A stretch of 38,990 bases of DNA from Catajapyx aquilonaris (Eukaryota): positions 1-38,990 of the forward strand of contig JYFJ02003684.1 of assembly GCA_000934665.2 (NCBI GenBank). The letters run 5' to 3'. The translations under genes were made by a program, and so were the position numbers. This document shows, piece by piece, positions 36,641 through 38,990 of the stretch (its first letter is position 1; each line of letters begins with the position of its first letter). Under the pieces are notes generated by a model, which worked only from the letters and a program-made list of their open reading frames with translations, was not told where the DNA came from and ran no database searches.

Positions 36641-37495
36641 TCATCTTGCCCAGGATCCAAGGTCGGTTGGATATCGACTCTCCCAGACCTCTCTACAGTA
36701 TTCCTTTAGCAAATCATCTCTGCGTTCGTTTCTGTTATCCCATTCTCGAACCATCATAGCCCACACGTTCTCTATGGGGTATAGGTCTGGGGAGCATGCC
36801 GGCCACTGGATCCTTGAAATCTTGGGCTGGTCATTGAGGAAGTCAATAGCAACCCTCGCGGTGTGAATACCTGCGTTGTCTTGAACAAATTTGATGGACT
36901 GCTCCTCCGGATAGCGGGCCTCCAATTCTGGCAGAAGCTCCTCCTCCAGTAACTCCACATACCCCTCGGCGTCCATGCGCCGAGGGGTAGAGGTGAATAC
37001 CACCGCATCGTGCCCCCTTATCACCCCCCAGAAACCTGCCGTTATATGCCCACTTCTTTTGGCCTCAAGGATGTGCCTTTGATCATAGCTGCAACAATAA
37101 GAAGACCGTAAGTTGTTACGCCCCAACGTGAGCACGACATTGAGGACGATCCATGAGCTTGACGCCTTGGTTGGGGCGCCGCGCCGTGCCATTGGAGCGG
37201 TCATGTCATGTGAAAATCGTTTCATGCTATTAATGCCATCTCAATCAGGGGTTTCGGAACAGGGCAGACTGGCGCAGAGGCCACAATGTTCACGGGTCAT
37301 CCGATCAAAAAACCAACTCCTCACTTAGCCTACCTTGATCTCGCAGTTTGAAAGTTGCCCGGAAACCCCGGGACATCCCTCCTGACTGTTGTAGTTGTAG
37401 GCTGAAATGGTCTCTCCGTCGCAGCCGCCACCAGGGCTTCGTCTTGATCTTCCGTGCTTACACGGGGTCGCACAGTAGGCCAGGCGGATGGGTTA
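36641..37495 (-). mobile_element. Degenerate Tc1-family transposase (D35E spacing)
   Basis: HTH region RPRVSTEDQDEALVAAATERPF. Catalytic region FVQDNAGIHTAR...WPACSPDLYPIENVW has 35 residues between D and E. The first catalytic D reads HETIF in a shifted frame. Confidence 0.9.
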
Positions 37496-38568
37496 CTGGT
37501 CCATAATGTAAAAAATGCGACTTTTTGAAATCGGATAGAAATATATGCCTTTCAAATCTACAAAACCTGAGGACCTTACCCTTCAGTTCTGTAAGTGGCC
37601 TGATATGCATGGGCGCAGAAAAATTAAAACTCTGTGAAGATTTTGAGAGTGTCTGAAATTGCTAATGAAATTCTTCATGCTTGAGATTTTAATGGGGATA
37701 AATATATTATTGAACAAATATTGGCTGAATACGACATATTTGTTGCTTTTACTTAATGGTAAATTGAATATGACTTCAATGTTGGTTTTTGACGTGAATA
37801 CATCAGTATTGGGGGGCATGCACGAAAAGTCGACAGTTGTGGAGTGTATGAAGTTGACATGGTAAGTTTGAATGATTGTTTATTTTCAGTATTGAAGGAT
37901 AATTTTATTGATTAAAATCCTGTGATAGCTAAAGTTTGATTTAAAGGGCACGCAAAAGAGTCCTCCAGGATCTGCGAGGATGAGTTCCTCAATGAAGCGG
38001 AAGACATCAGATTTGTTGTCAGCATTTCGCAGGTAGTCCTCCCAGTCTCTCGGCAAGGAGCCTATATCAGAAAAAAATGAACAAATTGTATGAGCAGACG
38101 CAGTTAGAGAATGCTCTTAATTAACTCAGATATGCCTGCAAGATTTTTAGTTTAAATTTTGTTTTTGTTTGTTTTTATTAGTTCATAATAGTCCCCAAAA
38201 TACAACAAAAATGACAAAAAATTATTGAATGCTAGATTGCAAGAAAAGGGCCGTCCCCTATAGGCATAAATGAAACCTCTAGTATGGCTATACTGTACAA
38301 TACAAGGAGAACGTAAGATACAGGCTGCTGTATTGAAATATCTATAAGTGTTTTTTTTTCATTGAAAAATATAGAGAAGGAATGTTATAGCTGTGATGCC
38401 ATGTTTAGCACATGCACAGGTAAGAGTTAAGGTGACCAAGGAGTGTTGTGTTGTTGGTACACCTGCCCCGATTCGGGCTTCCGCTAACCTGCTGTATGGT
38501 CAGTGTGAGGGAAGCTCTTACTAAATTGTTGCCAGGATCAGGGTACGGCTCAGGACTGCCAGGTTCAG

Positions 38569-38662
38569 ATATCCGAGCGACGCAGTTGCCTGCTGGCCCT
38601 GATATAACGAATGCTTGGTTGGTGTATATCTGAGCGACGCAGATACCTGCTGGCCCAGATAT
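38569..38662. repeat. 37-bp direct repeat, 57-bp spacing
   Basis: ATATC.GAGCGACGCAG.T.CCTGCTGGCCC.GATAT at 38569-38605 and 38626-38662. Confidence 0.8.
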
Positions 38663-38990
38663 GACACCTGTCCCTAATTACTGAGTAATCCTGAAAGTAT
38701 GAATGAATAATACAACAAGGGTCTTTGGTATGATCGGGTCCTGAACACGGCAACGCCGGTCAGTGCCTTCTCTGGAGGTGTTACCTCCTCAGAGGCTGGC
38801 GACCACAGATTACGACTACCCTCTAGATGGGAAACTCAATACTAAAAATTCGTCCCCGCTTTGCTGGTGGCGCCGCTAACGGTTTGCTCTCCGAACTAAA
38901 TCGTGATACGGTACCGTATCCTAGGCTACAGAAAGGGGGGTCGGGGGTGGGGGCTGCTGGGGGTTTGGAATACCTTGGCCACGGCCTTAC

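Overview
Eukaryotic, probably arthropod, repeat-dense DNA with no intact host gene that I can support. Most entries in the ORF track are spurious or are off-frame pieces of pseudogenes. The window is a graveyard of degraded transposons (mariner, ISL2EU/IS4EU-type, Harbinger, Sola2-like, two Tc1-like, piggyBac-like, R1 LINE), MITEs, solo LTRs, a small bipartite retroelement with a 12-bp TSD and a tRNA-Lys pseudogene. There are three highlights. (1) A near full-length, frameshifted partitivirus-like capsid gene (endogenous viral element) lies at ~19452-20900 on the minus strand. (2) At least eight co-oriented fragments of one unidentified protein-coding sequence are scattered across the window, and their differences are enriched in synonymous codon positions on the minus strand; these may be repeated captures of a gene from an unrecognised virus. 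(3) The recognisable coding remnants are strongly biased to the minus strand, as expected for a uni-strand piRNA-cluster/EVE archive. Family assignments come from manual translation and remembered motifs, not database searches.
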